The notes: generated by a model not told the origin, from the letters alone. DNA of 64,000 nt from Mizuhopecten yessoensis (GCF_002113885.1 NW_018408629.1:2189971-2253970), one strand, 5' to 3'; shown: positions 41,201 through 51,086, counted from the first letter of the stretch. Translations and numbers: made by a program.

Positions 41201-42630
41201 CATTATCTATGTAAATATATACCCAAGAAACATAGAATTGCACTTACAAAGATACGTTTGTCTGCACATACATTGCATATTGAAACAGGACGATATAGAA
41301 ATATTGTAAGGAATGAATGCTATTGTAAAATATGTAAGTCTGTAGATATAGAGGACGAATATCATTTTTTGCTTATTTGTCCTATATACCAAGAGCTCAG
41401 ATCAAAGTGTGTAAAAATGTATTACTGACCAGGTTTAGCAAATATATATATGATGCCACTTAATTGAGGAAGACTATGATATAATGACATTTAAATGTGT
41501 CAAATCTTTTGTCCATTCTCCACTGCGTTTTGCAGTGTCTGCCAATGTATTTATATTGTTACATGTACACTGATGAGCTGGAAAGCTTAAAGTTAATAAA
41601 GAATGTAAATATGATATTCAAACATTAATGCAAAATGTTCGTAATTAGCCATAAAGGTTACTCATTTCTTGTGACATGGATACTTCAGTGAATAATCGAG
41701 GGCGTAAGGCACACACGACATTTAAATTGATATCAAGTTATATGCGATCAATTCAATACAATGAAATTGGCAGTTATGCGGGGGATGTAGCATTATATTC
41801 TTGCTTAAATATAAAAAAAAATGGGTTGAGAATGAAAATCGGAATATTTAGTCGATTGCTTGTCTCTATACTTTAAATCTTGCATGGTAGTCCTCCCTGG
41901 AGTGACGTCACAGTCCGGATCTGTTTTACGTCCTTGTTTATATGGAGAGGGATCAATTTTGTTCTGTGCTAATGGATTTATTATTCATAAATATACATAT
42001 GTGCAAATAATACCGCTTGTACACATTTTTCATTAGATATTACCGTCAGCATATTTCATTGTCTAAGAGATAATCAAAGTGAACATATTTTTAAAAGACT
42101 AATATTGCTTTTATATCGCTTAAATATAAGCGTTGTTTGTCCTCTCTGTCACTAATAAAGCTCTTTGGTGAAGAAATAGTTTTGTTTCAGAGAGTAAGGC
42201 ACATTTGCCCCAACTTAAGGTCATTTTGGCCATACTTCCACTGTTCCAGATAGCCTAGTTTGAAAATTGTCTGGGGCAGTAATTTTTAAAACTATTTTTC
42301 TCGCTCATAGGACACTGTTTTAATGATCGAAAGACTAAATATGGATGTTACACACATACATTGAGGAAGAACTATAAAGAGTTTCAGTACTTCTATTGTT
42401 CGAGAAAGCTTCAATTTACACAAATTACATTACGATGTTATTTTTTACAAAAAATCTCAATCATAAATCAATTGAATATTTATTATGTACTTACATTGAT
42501 GAAAAATGTATCATTTTATTTACAGAAATAATATAGGCACTTTTTTCATGGCGGCAGGTCACTTCTTTTAAAATTGTTCAATATGTTGAAGGGTTGAAGG
42601 TACCCTGGTTGGAAAAGTTATTGCGGTAAT

Positions 42631-42666
<36 letters not shown>

Positions 42667-44295
42667 AAATAATGATTTAAAGAATAAAACATACTTATCT
42701 CTGTTTTTACATAAATAATGATTAAACAAATTTTAACATACTGTTTTATGCATAAACCATCCGGGAAAGACCAACTTAAATACAGAAAAATCGAAAAATG
42801 CTTAGAATCATTCACTTTGAAAACAAAAGGATGAGGTTTGCAAAATAATAAAAGATAAATTAAACTTTATATAGAAGTACCTTCTTTAACAACATCAAAA
42901 TAATGCAGACTATATTTAAGAACAAAGTAAATTCACTTACTGTCTTGTGGAGCAGGTCCTTTAAAATTTGTTCTTAGAGGACACAGTGCCATGTTTCCCA
43001 CCAACTTGGGCGGGTTGAGGAACAGAGAATGATGAGGCTGCACAATCAAATATTTGAATTACATGATTAACAATTCGAAAATTCCCCACTGCTCTAAAAT
43101 CCCCGTATACTCATATGTATTTTTAATTAGTTTAAACAAATATGATATTGAAAATTGACAATAAAAACGAACAAGCAACACATTACATCAACATGAGATA
43201 GACCTTTCGCGAATAAATGAAACAATATATATTACATGATGTGTTCATTCAAAAATTACAAACATTGACAGGAGAGAGTTAACGGGGCTTCAAAGATCGA
43301 GAGCAAGGAGGATCAGACCATTACCTGAAGCGTGTCAAATTGTAGGTGGAAATGTCATGTTATATGGGATCAAATTAATTGGACAAAGGACCAATAGAAC
43401 TTATCAGTGAGTTTACGTTCCATCCAACTCTCCATCTTTACTGTATTAATCAGTTGTATGTTCTTGTTCTGAACATAGCCTCTTTAACTATGTTTATTTA
43501 GATAAATCTCAAAGAATATATTATTGGTCATAATGAGGAAACTAGGTAAGTGTCTTCAAGTAATTCGGTAAACATGTCATAATATAGAAAAATAAAAATA
43601 AAAAGGCATTTTCCTTATATTGTCTTAAGGTTGTGATGTCTCAAATATCACGACAAACATATGCATCTGCAAAACTTAGAAGAAAATGTTTATAAATCAT
43701 AATGATGACTTGGTTTGATTTGTTTGTGCGTTACGTCGTGTTAACAGCTGTGGGGAACTATGAGGACGAGCCATGTTTTCGTGATGGATGAAATCGGGAT
43801 GAATGTCAGCTGGTTTCTGTATATCACAGAATAACCATTTTTTTATAAGTTCTACATTGATTAACTGAGCTTTAAAAAATATGCATTATAATAGATATAC
43901 TAGTACCACATGTTGTTAAATCAAATCTGATTCTACGACTTCCCCGCCCGCAAGGTTTACCACTATGGTGGGGTGGGTGTGGTAGGGGTTATTCCCGAAG
44001 CTCAGAAAGCCCTCTAGATCCACCACTGCGTAATATTATGAAATACAGGATGGGTAACTAAAGTTATAACAATAATTCATAATGCTAACAGTCAATCAAA
44101 GTAGTAAATCGGGTAAGCATTCGGAATATAAAATCATAATACATATAGCACTGTATATTTCTTCGAATAGTTTATGATGAGTAAAGGAGAAAGCTCAGTA
44201 GAAAGACATGATCGTCTACCGATCCACTGTAACATTCTAAATACGGAATTGAACACGAGATAGTAAATATAGGAAGCTAATAATATTACCGGCAT
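33359..44295 (-). CDS. ARPC3: Actin-related protein 2/3 complex subunit 3, diverged tandem paralog (ARPC3-B), complete, 176 aa
   Basis: Exons (minus): 44290-44295, 42941-43037, 41002-41078, 40572-40640, 39365-39488, 34191-34285, 33359-33421; all GT-AG, same phases as the other copy, no stops. [32 protein letters not shown]...[39 protein letters not shown]...[18 protein letters not shown]...[12 protein letters not shown]...[25 protein letters not shown]. Confidence 0.92.
34638..35210. other. Assembly gap (573 N) inside the LINE 3' UTR
   Basis: Run of n between a T-run and a (GA)n tract. Confidence 0.99.
35211..35259. repeat. (GA)n microsatellite
   Basis: gagagaga tract abutting the gap. Confidence 0.95.
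35385..38489 (-). CDS. LINE ORF2 (Tx1/L1-like): RT and C-terminal zinc knuckle; APE endonuclease lost by 5' truncation
   Basis: [73 protein letters not shown]...HILWEC. Confidence 0.9.
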   Translation of the reverse strand: MNEFKRGKGLWKFNSSLLYEEEYHQMVKNIILETKTQYSLPVYNLNAIMNIPDTEIEFVIDDQLFLETLLMEIRGKSISYSSYRKKQQSREEDDLKRKIQTIEEQEHVDIEDLEIKKRELENIRLRKVRGSIIRSRARWQEEGEKPTNYFFKLENRNYTSKIIPKIQKDDNVIITQQNEILEEVRLFYEKLYDNNTDIDDIDLADFLNTCDVSKLENNDSFGLEGLITLDEATKTLKNMKNNKSPGSDGFTVEFFKCFWKQLGGFIVRSINCGYRKGLLSVTQRQGIITCIPKGDKPRQFIKNWRPITLLNIVYKIASGSIAGRIRTVLDKLISEDQTGFLSGRYIGENTRLVYDIMQYAEERYIPGMLLMVDFEKAFDSVSWEFVDKVLNYFNFGSDIRCWIKLLHTNVSSTINQGGNLSSFLNIKRGCRQGDPIAPYIFILCVEILGIRLRNNNKIKGIEVNKSPILISQYADDTSLILDGSERSLKESIAELNTFAKISGLKINIDKTQVVWIGSKIHSEDTFLPDLKLQWGRTKFMLLGIEFSVNLHEIPKLNFDKKLIKLKALIMAWNRRSLTPIGRIHLIKSLMISQFNHLFIALPNPDDLFLNQLNNVLFNFLWNSKTDKIRRDVIFQNYFEGGLKMVNIRSFIDSLKLGWIRRLYQKSGKWQVILETHLDLHMLSHCGSDYIPICLNKCTNYFWKDVFKAWRRFNEKERVKQINESCIWKMPLWYNRNFTIGGKSIFFKTWYNKGVTIIYDLIKDIETCTFYTFQEFAQIYQVNTNFIQYHGVLTTIRKYLVKIDCKKDAIVYPIIPCNIKFFLKRVKGIKDFYNLMVKKDTIASGRRKWEEKLDLNNFNWNDIYKTPFRITKNSRLQWFQYRIVHHILTTNSSMFKVGLVTSPLCTLCNLEQETIIHILWECREVQNFLQSFEILLDALFIPFSFNKISFLFGLLVANESMTYNRIDNEILIIIKFYIYKTRCRHQTLSPNALVNMIKEHYTVQKYIVNSQGDSAQDRFEKEWRKWMKILDYAEV
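38810..39090. mobile_element. Degenerate third copy of the CATC-TIR MITE family
   Basis: gaatatgtcatag..tgaaggcacg..gctatttaattggt..tgaccaatcgc..gaagattac..aggaggcacacactg matches the interiors of 17555-17905 and 45393-51174. Confidence 0.65.
39895..40440 (+). repeat. 35-bp minisatellite with a higher-order block, bounded by an inverted repeat
   Basis: Unit cacaacaaacatctatctctgtcaaaatgtctacc; left part is two about 136-bp blocks of four variant monomers, right part about 8 near-identical monomers. Confidence 0.95.
41117..41604 (+). mobile_element. 5'-truncated 3' end of an RTE-X-like LINE in ARPC3-B intron 2
   Basis: ORF 41138-41428 [14 protein letters not shown]...CKIC...[10 protein letters not shown], the same C-terminal motif type as 47307-50726; ends gttaataaagaat; candidate TSD gtaaatat(c/g)at at 41106-41116 and 41605-41615. 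Confidence 0.8.
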
Positions 44296-45452
44296 TGTTG
44301 AAACGTCCCCTTGTGATCCGCCCCTTAGACTTTTGACATCCAGTCAAGTGTAGTTATAAACATCCGTGTATGAACTGATAAGTGTGGATACGTCACTGGC
44401 TAGGCTCTCGTGTTAATACTGACTAGCTATACACCGTTATCATTACTGTTAGTTTGGTATACAGACGCATTGTTAACTTTCACGTAGTTCTGATCGATTA
44501 GATAATTCTGAAATGGGAGGATTTTTAAAAGTTTTCAGAAACAGATACAACGATCATTAACTTAGTTAATTAGGATATAACAAATTGCTATTTTGATTTA
44601 TCAACCAAAACATCCCTTGCGTTTTCTTTACATATGTCATCAAAGTGTATGTAAATCCGTTAATCAAATGCAAATTTGGTGAAACTGGGGCAAAATATGA
44701 ACTTACGAGGTATTTATAGGCAACCTGTGATAGGCAAAATGTGGTATACGTGTATTTATTTGCCTTTACCAGAATAAATATGATTAACCCTTGGACATTT
44801 GAGAATAAACTTTTTCTGCTTTATCGACAACACCGGTCATTTAAGTACAGGTCAAATTCTAGTTATATTGTCACGCTATCAAAGTAAGATCGGGGAAGAG
44901 GCGACACCAAATGGCATAGCGACCACTTTGCCCGTCTCTGGAAAAAAATGTGAAGTAATTAAGCTTGTCTGTCAACTATTGGCATCAATATCGGAAATCG
45001 TGATATTCGGAGCAAGCCCATGACATGGAAAAGGAAGCATTTCATATATTTTTGGTAGACGCTGAATCTGTTGTCCAATCAGTTACATATCAAGGGGCCA
45101 GCTGTACAACGAACATTAATAAGCTTAATCACTGTTTAATTAACAACCTATAATAATTTGGTCTATATACAAGGTAAAAACTCGTAATTTTGCATGTTAT
45201 TTTACTGTGCTACACTATTGCTATCTAGCAAATTTTTTACTTAGTTTGTGGTTGTGTTTTATAGAAAAATAAAAAATGAACTTGCGCTAACCACCGATTG
45301 AGTTGATTGATCACGTTTGAACAACCGGGCCCAGGTTTCACCTATTCTGCAAGTAAGGTTATATTTTACGTTAACTTTGCCCTTAGACACCTCATCGTCG
45401 ATATCCAGGGGTTACGTTCACGTTCGCTCTCTACACCCCTAGACTATGTCAA

Positions 45453-45664
45453 AGCAATGTTGAAGGCACGAAGATAGCTGTTTGATTGGTCTCAGGTAAA
45501 AACAACTGACCAATCGCTAGGCTGATACGTATACATGTCCTTTGAAGATTACAAAGAAGAGGCGTCCGACTTCAAAGCCTGTCAATTTTTACCGTTACGT
45601 GACCGCGAGATTATTTTGATGTATATCAAAGGATCGAACTAGTCTTTTGGTCTCATTATCAAGG
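45453..45664 (+). repeat. 212-bp direct repeat, left copy (LINE target-site duplication)
   Basis: agcaatgttgaagg...ctcattatcaagg, no mismatch seen versus 50875-51086. Confidence 0.95.
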
Positions 45665-45667
45665 GAG

Positions 45668-45678
45668 CAACATGGCGG
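45668..45678 (+). promoter_or_regulatory. YY1-like motif CAACATGGCGG at the LINE 5' end (candidate internal Pol II promoter)
   Basis: Positions +4 to +14 of the element; matches the CAANATGGCG YY1 consensus. Confidence 0.5.
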
Positions 45679-46115
45679 CGTTGGGTTAGAAGCGTATGAA
45701 GGAGCTCCGGTAATTTATCCTGAGAATGCCTCTCTAGTAACCCCGGAAAGTCCCCAATATTGGACTGTGTGACGGTGAGATCATTTCTAACATAATGATA
45801 ACATTATTTTGAAAAAATATTTTGAAATATCCCCTTTGCGGACCATAATAGCATTCATTACCTGTATACCTGAGGTACACACATGTACCTGAACGATACC
45901 TGTGTTGCACGTGCAGACTACTATACTCACCTATGTGACATGTATGTTAGTACTGGAGTTACACCCTGGAAAGCTGTGGTTTATTTATGAACGTTTATTC
46001 GTACATGTACATATACATGTTCATCTTTTTGTATAATACGGATTTTAATGTGCGTTTACTGTGTAAGAACGGTAAACTAACCAGTATGACCTTGAACTGT
46101 GTGCACGTGTAGCCC

Positions 46116-47213
46116 ATGGGTAAGAAACGTAATAGATCTCATACGGACACGAGTACTGTAATGGCTATGGCACATAGAGATCTCTATGGTACCCCACATG
46201 GTAATGTGGCCGCCACGCAACCATGTTTCCAACCTGCCCCGCAGTACCCGCAGTACCCTATGCAAAGCTCGTGTATACCCCCCAGTTCTCCTGCGAATCC
46301 TCAGTTGATGTTCCCTCAGGCAACCTCGCCTACTCCTGACACCATTTCCCCACACTTCAGTGATCAAATTCTTCGAGACATATTTCAACGGTTAACTAAG
46401 CTGGATACACTGGATCAAATCATGTCTAGACTCAGTGTCATCGAGGGCAAGTTTAGCAGTATGGAGAGTTCGTTATCAGGCGTTAAACGTGAACTTAAAA
46501 CACACAGTGAACAGCTCGAGGGTGCGGATTTCGACCATTCCATTCTTGAAGAGAGAGTCAGCAAAGTGGAACTTGAACGGGAGGAGGTACGGGAAGAAAA
46601 TCGCCTACTGAAAGATCAAATACTCGAGATCCAAACACGATCGATGAAGGACAACCTGTTATTTGGAGGAATCCCAGATGTTGACCGTGATGAAGACACC
46701 GAGGCTGTTGTGAAGGAATTCATCAAGACGGAACTCGGTATTGAAGAGGAAATGCAGCTTCATGTTGCCCATAGGCTGAGGAAAAGATCCGATAATAAAC
46801 CTAGGTCCATAGTAGCTAAATTCTCTAGCAGAAAAGATAGAGACAAAGTGTTGAAGGCTGCCCCAAAACTAGCGGGGAAAAGAGAATTCTCTGTATTTGA
46901 GCAATTCCCGCCGGAAATAAATGACAGGCGACGTTTACTCTATCCGGTGTTTAAGGAAGCCAAGAGGCATGGAAGGCACGCTCGCCTGCTAGGTGATAAA
47001 CTCTACATTGACGGTAACCTTTACATCCCACCTCAGCATCATCATCCTAGTCATCCTCCCATAGGCCGAGATCATCCTCCTGATTCTCGCAGAGGACCTG
47101 GATGGCACTCATCGGCCCAAGGACGGCAGACAGCCACGCCCCCTAGTGGTCAGCATCAGTTCCGTAATGCTCGTCACGTGCCAAACCCCCGCAATGACAG
47201 TCGCCCCATGTAG
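46116..47213 (+). CDS. LINE ORF1p, L1-type (coiled coil + RRM + CTD), 365 aa
   Basis: Heptad coil LTKLDTLDQIMSRLSVIE..., RSMKDNLLFGGIPD, AHRL...KPRSIVAKF, VFEQFPPEINDRRRLLYP...DKLYIDG. Confidence 0.88.
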   Translation: MGKKRNRSHTDTSTVMAMAHRDLYGTPHGNVAATQPCFQPAPQYPQYPMQSSCIPPSSPANPQLMFPQATSPTPDTISPHFSDQILRDIFQRLTKLDTLDQIMSRLSVIEGKFSSMESSLSGVKRELKTHSEQLEGADFDHSILEERVSKVELEREEVREENRLLKDQILEIQTRSMKDNLLFGGIPDVDRDEDTEAVVKEFIKTELGIEEEMQLHVAHRLRKRSDNKPRSIVAKFSSRKDRDKVLKAAPKLAGKREFSVFEQFPPEINDRRRLLYPVFKEAKRHGRHARLLGDKLYIDGNLYIPPQHHHPSHPPIGRDHPPDSRRGPGWHSSAQGRQTATPPSGQHQFRNARHVPNPRNDSRPM

Positions 47214-50200
47214 GGAGACGCGACAAGAGGTCAACCCCGTGACATTGATAAAGACACTATCAAGTTTACTTTCCTTAATGTTTGCGGTATTAAGTCTAAG
47301 ATACTTTTGCCTGAGTTTGAAGACTTAATCCTAGCACATGACATACTTATTTTTGCAGAGAGCAAGATTGATAATCTGGATCATTTACAACTACCGCCTG
47401 ACTATGAATATTTTGCTAAATGTAGAACTAATGCATATAAAAAATCTGGTGGTATAGTAATTATTTTTAAGAAAACTCTCAAGTCGATGTTGACTTTTCC
47501 TAAAACTTTATCAGAATATGTATTGTGGGTAAATTTTTCAAAACACGTTGTGAACTCTGATCTAGATTTTCTACTGGGATGTGTTTATATACCTCCCGAA
47601 AATACTAAGTATGCATCCCCGGAAGCGTTCAATGAAATTGAAAGGGAGATGATAGAATTATCCCATCATGGTAACAAAGTCGCCATAGTCGGAGATTTTA
47701 ATGCTAAAACCCAAGTTAGAGATGATTTTGTAGAACCAGATGATAACTTCATTCGTTCATTAAACTTAGATGAAAATGATGAGCTATACTCATATCTCTA
47801 TGATATTGAAAAGTTGAAATTATATAATGTTCCTCTGCGAAGGGCTAGTCAATGTAAAGCTAAAGTTAATAATTATGGCAATAAATTGCTTGACTTCTGC
47901 AAGCAAAATAATATGTATATTGCCAATGGTCGGATTGGAAATGATGCACAAATAGGTAAAACTACATGTAGTGATGTCAGCGTTATAGATTATCTATTGC
48001 TGTCGTCAGATATGTTTCGGTATACAACAGATTTTGAAATCAAAGTTTTTGACCCACTCATATCAGATGTCCACTGTAGACTTGTATTTAGCCTTTGTAA
48101 ATTAACTGATGAATGTATATATAATACCGAATGTCATGAAAATCGATATACAAAGTGGAAATCCTGTAAAGAACAAGATTTTGTAAAACATATACTAGAT
48201 GATGAAAGAGGTAATCTCCATAGAATTAATGATAAATTAAATGAATTATTAAATAAACAACACGACAATGTAACCAATAACGAAATTAATGACATTGTAA
48301 ACTCAATTAGTGAATTGTTCAAAGGCTCTGCTAAGCAGGTTTTTGGTAGTAACAATGCTTACAGGAAACGGAGGTTGAGATGTGATAATAAACCTTGGTT
48401 TAATAGGGAATGCCACTTAAACAGAGTTGAATTTAATAAAGCCAAGGCCTTATTTCACAAAGTAAATAATCCTATAAATAAAACTAATCTCAATAGAGCT
48501 AGTAAAGTTTATAGAAAAACATTGAATAAAAATTACAGAAATTATCAGGAGAAATTGTCAAGCGAGTTAAGAAATACTGCTAGAATGGATTCAAAAAAAT
48601 TCTGGAATATTTTGAATAAATGTGACGGATCTGTAAAGAAAGGTAATGCTGATATATGTATTACTGAATTATATGAATACTTTAAGGATCTGAACAAGTC
48701 TGTTTATGATGATGACGATTTTGAGCTGGAAAATCCTGATAATAGTATTTTTGATGATTATCTGAATGGTGAAATTACCACTGATGAAATTAAATTTTCT
48801 TTAATCAATTTGAAGAATAGTAAAGCCTCTGGTATAGATCAAATCCTAAATGAATATCTAAAAAGTACAATGGATGTATTTTTACCAATTTATCAAAAAA
48901 TATTTAACCTTATTCTGAATACTGCGTCTATACCAGATGTGTGGAAGATCGGTATTATAAAACCAGTATATAAAAACAAAGGCGATCCAAAAGATCCGGA
49001 TAATTATAGAGCGATCACTTTAGTCTCGTGCCTTGGCAAAGTTTTCACTTCGGTTATTAATAATCGTTTAAATAAAATTTCTGACGAATTTGACCTGATA
49101 AGCAGTGCACAAGCTGGGTTTAGAAAGGGTCATTCTACAACCGATAACATGTTTGTATTGTATTCTTTAATCTCAATATATTTTTCATTAGGAAAAAAAC
49201 TTTATTGTACGTTCATCGATTTTAGTAAGGCGTTCGATTCTGTATGGAGAGTTGGTCTGTGGAAAAAGCTCCAAAAAAGCAACATTACTGGAAAAATTTT
49301 CAATATTATTTATAAGCTATATGATAAAACCAAATCATGTGTTAAAAATGGATGTGAACAGTCGGATTTGTTCAATTGTGAGATCGGTTTAAAACAGGGC
49401 GAAAATTTATCGCCATTTTTGTTTGCAATTTATTTAAATGATTTAGAAACTTATCTTGTTGAAAAAAATGTAAATTGTCTTCAAACAATAGACAAATTAT
49501 GTATTGATAACATTGGAGTGTATCTCAAACTATTCATTATCTTATATGCCGATGATACTGTCCTGTTTTCAGAAACACCAGATGGTTTACAGTTAGCTTT
49601 AAATGAATTTGAACAATACTGTAATACTTGGAAGTTAACTATCAATTCAGGAAAAACTAAAATTGTCATCTTTTCAAAAAGAAAATGTGCAAGAACTCCC
49701 CATTTTACATTATGTAACGTAGAATTAGAAATACTGGAAGGGTATACCTATCTAGGATTATTCTTTAATTTTAGTTGTAGCTTCTTTAAAGCAAGGAAAA
49801 AAATTGTTGAACAAGCACAGAAATCAGTGTTTGCTGTCTATAAGAAATTGAGAAACATATCTTTACCAGTTGATCTACAATTGAAGATATTTGATTCATT
49901 AATTATGCCAGTTCTTCTCTATTCATCAGAAATATGGGGTTTTGAAAACACAAATATTATAGAAAAAATCCATCTTCAATTTTGTAAATATATACTAAAT
50001 GTAAGAAAAAGTACACCAAATTTCATTGTTTATGGTGAGCTTGGAAGATACCCACTAGACATCGAAATTAAATGTAGAATAATAGTATTCTGGCATAAGT
50101 TGATTACCTCTAGTAAGTTATCAAGTACTATTTATAAGCTTATGTATACATTACATGAAAATGGAACTATGTTATTTAAATGGCTCGCATATGTTAAAGA

Positions 50201-50726
50201 TATTTTTTCTCAAACTGGCCTGAACTATGTGTGGTACTATCAATCTACATGTTCTTTTTCAAAAGACGAAATTAAGAGGCTTGTGAAAAGTAGACTGAAG
50301 GATCAATTTATACAGAAATGGTTTGATAATATTCTTAACTCCTCTAGAGGACAAACATATTCAATATTAAAGACAAAGTTTGAACAAGAAAAATATTTAA
50401 TTAAACTTAATACAAATGATAGGAAAATAATGTGTAAATTCCGTTCTTGCAATATGCATTTACCCATAGAAAAAGGAAGATGGTTAGGTATTCCTCGTCA
50501 AGAAAGAACCTGTACATTATGTAATTTGTACATTGGAGATGAATTTCATTACTTATTTATATGTGAAAGTGTTTTAGTTAAATGTCTAAGAGAGAAATAT
50601 ATACCAAAATATTATTTCACTTATCCAAGTCAATTAAAAATGCAAGGATTGTTTAATATATTTAATGTAAAAATTCACACAAAACTTTGTAAATTCATAG
50701 AAAAGCTTGAAAAAATATTAACTTAA
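47214..50726 (+). CDS. LINE ORF2p (APE endonuclease + reverse transcriptase + C-terminal Cys/His motif), open from the codon after the ORF1 stop
   Basis: TIKFTFLNVCGIKSK, IFAESK, VYIPP, VGDFNA, IDY, SDVH; KASGIDQI, NYRAITL, DFSKAFD, QGENLSP, LYADD; IEKGRW...CTLC...DEFHYLFIC. No internal stops. Confidence 0.93.
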   Translation, partial: GDATRGQPRDIDKDTIKFTFLNVCGIKSKILLPEFEDLILAHDILIFAESKIDNLDHLQLPPDYEYFAKCRTNAYKKSGGIVIIFKKTLKSMLTFPKTLSEYVLWVNFSKHVVNSDLDFLLGCVYIPPENTKYASPEAFNEIEREMIELSHHGNKVAIVGDFNAKTQVRDDFVEPDDNFIRSLNLDENDELYSYLYDIEKLKLYNVPLRRASQCKAKVNNYGNKLLDFCKQNNMYIANGRIGNDAQIGKTTCSDVSVIDYLLLSSDMFRYTTDFEIKVFDPLISDVHCRLVFSLCKLTDECIYNTECHENRYTKWKSCKEQDFVKHILDDERGNLHRINDKLNELLNKQHDNVTNNEINDIVNSISELFKGSAKQVFGSNNAYRKRRLRCDNKPWFNRECHLNRVEFNKAKALFHKVNNPINKTNLNRASKVYRKTLNKNYRNYQEKLSSELRNTARMDSKKFWNILNKCDGSVKKGNADICITELYEYFKDLNKSVYDDDDFELENPDNSIFDDYLNGEITTDEIKFSLINLKNSKASGIDQILNEYLKSTMDVFLPIYQKIFNLILNTASIPDVWKIGIIKPVYKNKGDPKDPDNYRAITLVSCLGKVFTSVINNRLNKISDEFDLISSAQAGFRKGHSTTDNMFVLYSLISIYFSLGKKLYCTFIDFSKAFDSVWRVGLWKKLQKSNITGKIFNIIYKLYDKTKSCVKNGCEQSDLFNCEIGLKQGENLSPFLFAIYLNDLETYLVEKNVNCLQTIDKLCIDNIGVYLKLFIILYADDTVLFSETPDGLQLALNEFEQYCNTWKLTINSGKTKIVIFSKRKCARTPHFTLCNVELEILEGYTYLGLFFNFSCSFFKARKKIVEQAQKSVFAVYKKLRNISLPVDLQLKIFDSLIMPVLLYSSEIWGFENTNIIEKIHLQFCKYILNVRKSTPNFIVYGELGRYPLDIEIKCRIIVFWHKLITSSKLSSTIYKLMYTLHENGTMLFKWLAYVKDIFSQTGLNYVWYYQSTCSFSKDEIKRLVKSRLKDQFIQKWFDNILNSSRGQTYSILKTKFEQEKYLIKLNTNDRKIMCKFRSCNMHLPIEKGRWLGIPRQERTCTLCNLYIGDEFHYLFICESVLVKCLREKYIPKYYFTYPSQLKMQGLFNIFNVKIHTKLCKFIEKLEKILT

Positions 50727-50874
50727 TTTCTGTACTATTTGTGTACTTCTATATGTATCTATGCTATGTACAATGTTGTAATTGTGTACATCACACGCCA
50801 TGTATCATACTTACTATATGTATGTGACCTCTTGTTACACACGTAAGTGTGTCGGAGTGAATAAATAAAAACTT

Positions 50875-51086
50875 AGCAATGTTGAAGGCACGAAGATAGC
50901 TGTTTGATTGGTCTCAGGTAAAAACAACTGACCAATCGCTAGGCTGATACGTATACATGTCCTTTGAAGATTACAAAGAAGAGGCGTCCGACTTCAAAGC
51001 CTGTCAATTTTTACCGTTACGTGACCGCGAGATTATTTTGATGTATATCAAAGGATCGAACTAGTCTTTTGGTCTCATTATCAAGG
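50875..51086 (+). repeat. 212-bp direct repeat, right copy (LINE target-site duplication)
   Basis: No mismatch seen versus 45453-45664; followed by tggcgcacactgag, the continuation seen in uninterrupted MITE copies. Confidence 0.95.

Larger units (their letters stand above)
45665..50874 (+). mobile_element. Full-length, apparently intact non-LTR retrotransposon (probably RTE-X-like; clade not certain)
   Basis: 5' UTR about 450 bp, ORF1, ORF2 (APE+RT), 3' UTR with stem-loop cacac-gtaa-gtgtg and short tail aataaataaaaactt; bounded by the 212-bp direct repeats. Confidence 0.93.

Noticed and set aside
41568-41600. CTGATGAG...GAAA as a hammerhead ribozyme
   Set aside because: GAAA falls in or at the loop of the gct/agc stem and not after it, and stems I and III are missing; better explained as a LINE 3' stem-loop.
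33359-44295. ARPC3-B as a pseudogene or uncollapsed haplotype
   Set aside because: All seven exons are in frame with intact splice sites; about 26% protein divergence and no visible intron similarity are far beyond allelic difference.
45453-51086. 212-bp direct repeats as LTRs of an LTR retrotransposon
   Set aside because: No TG...CA ends, PBS, PPT, protease or integrase; the interior is an APE-RT LINE and the repeat is single-copy MITE interior elsewhere in the window.
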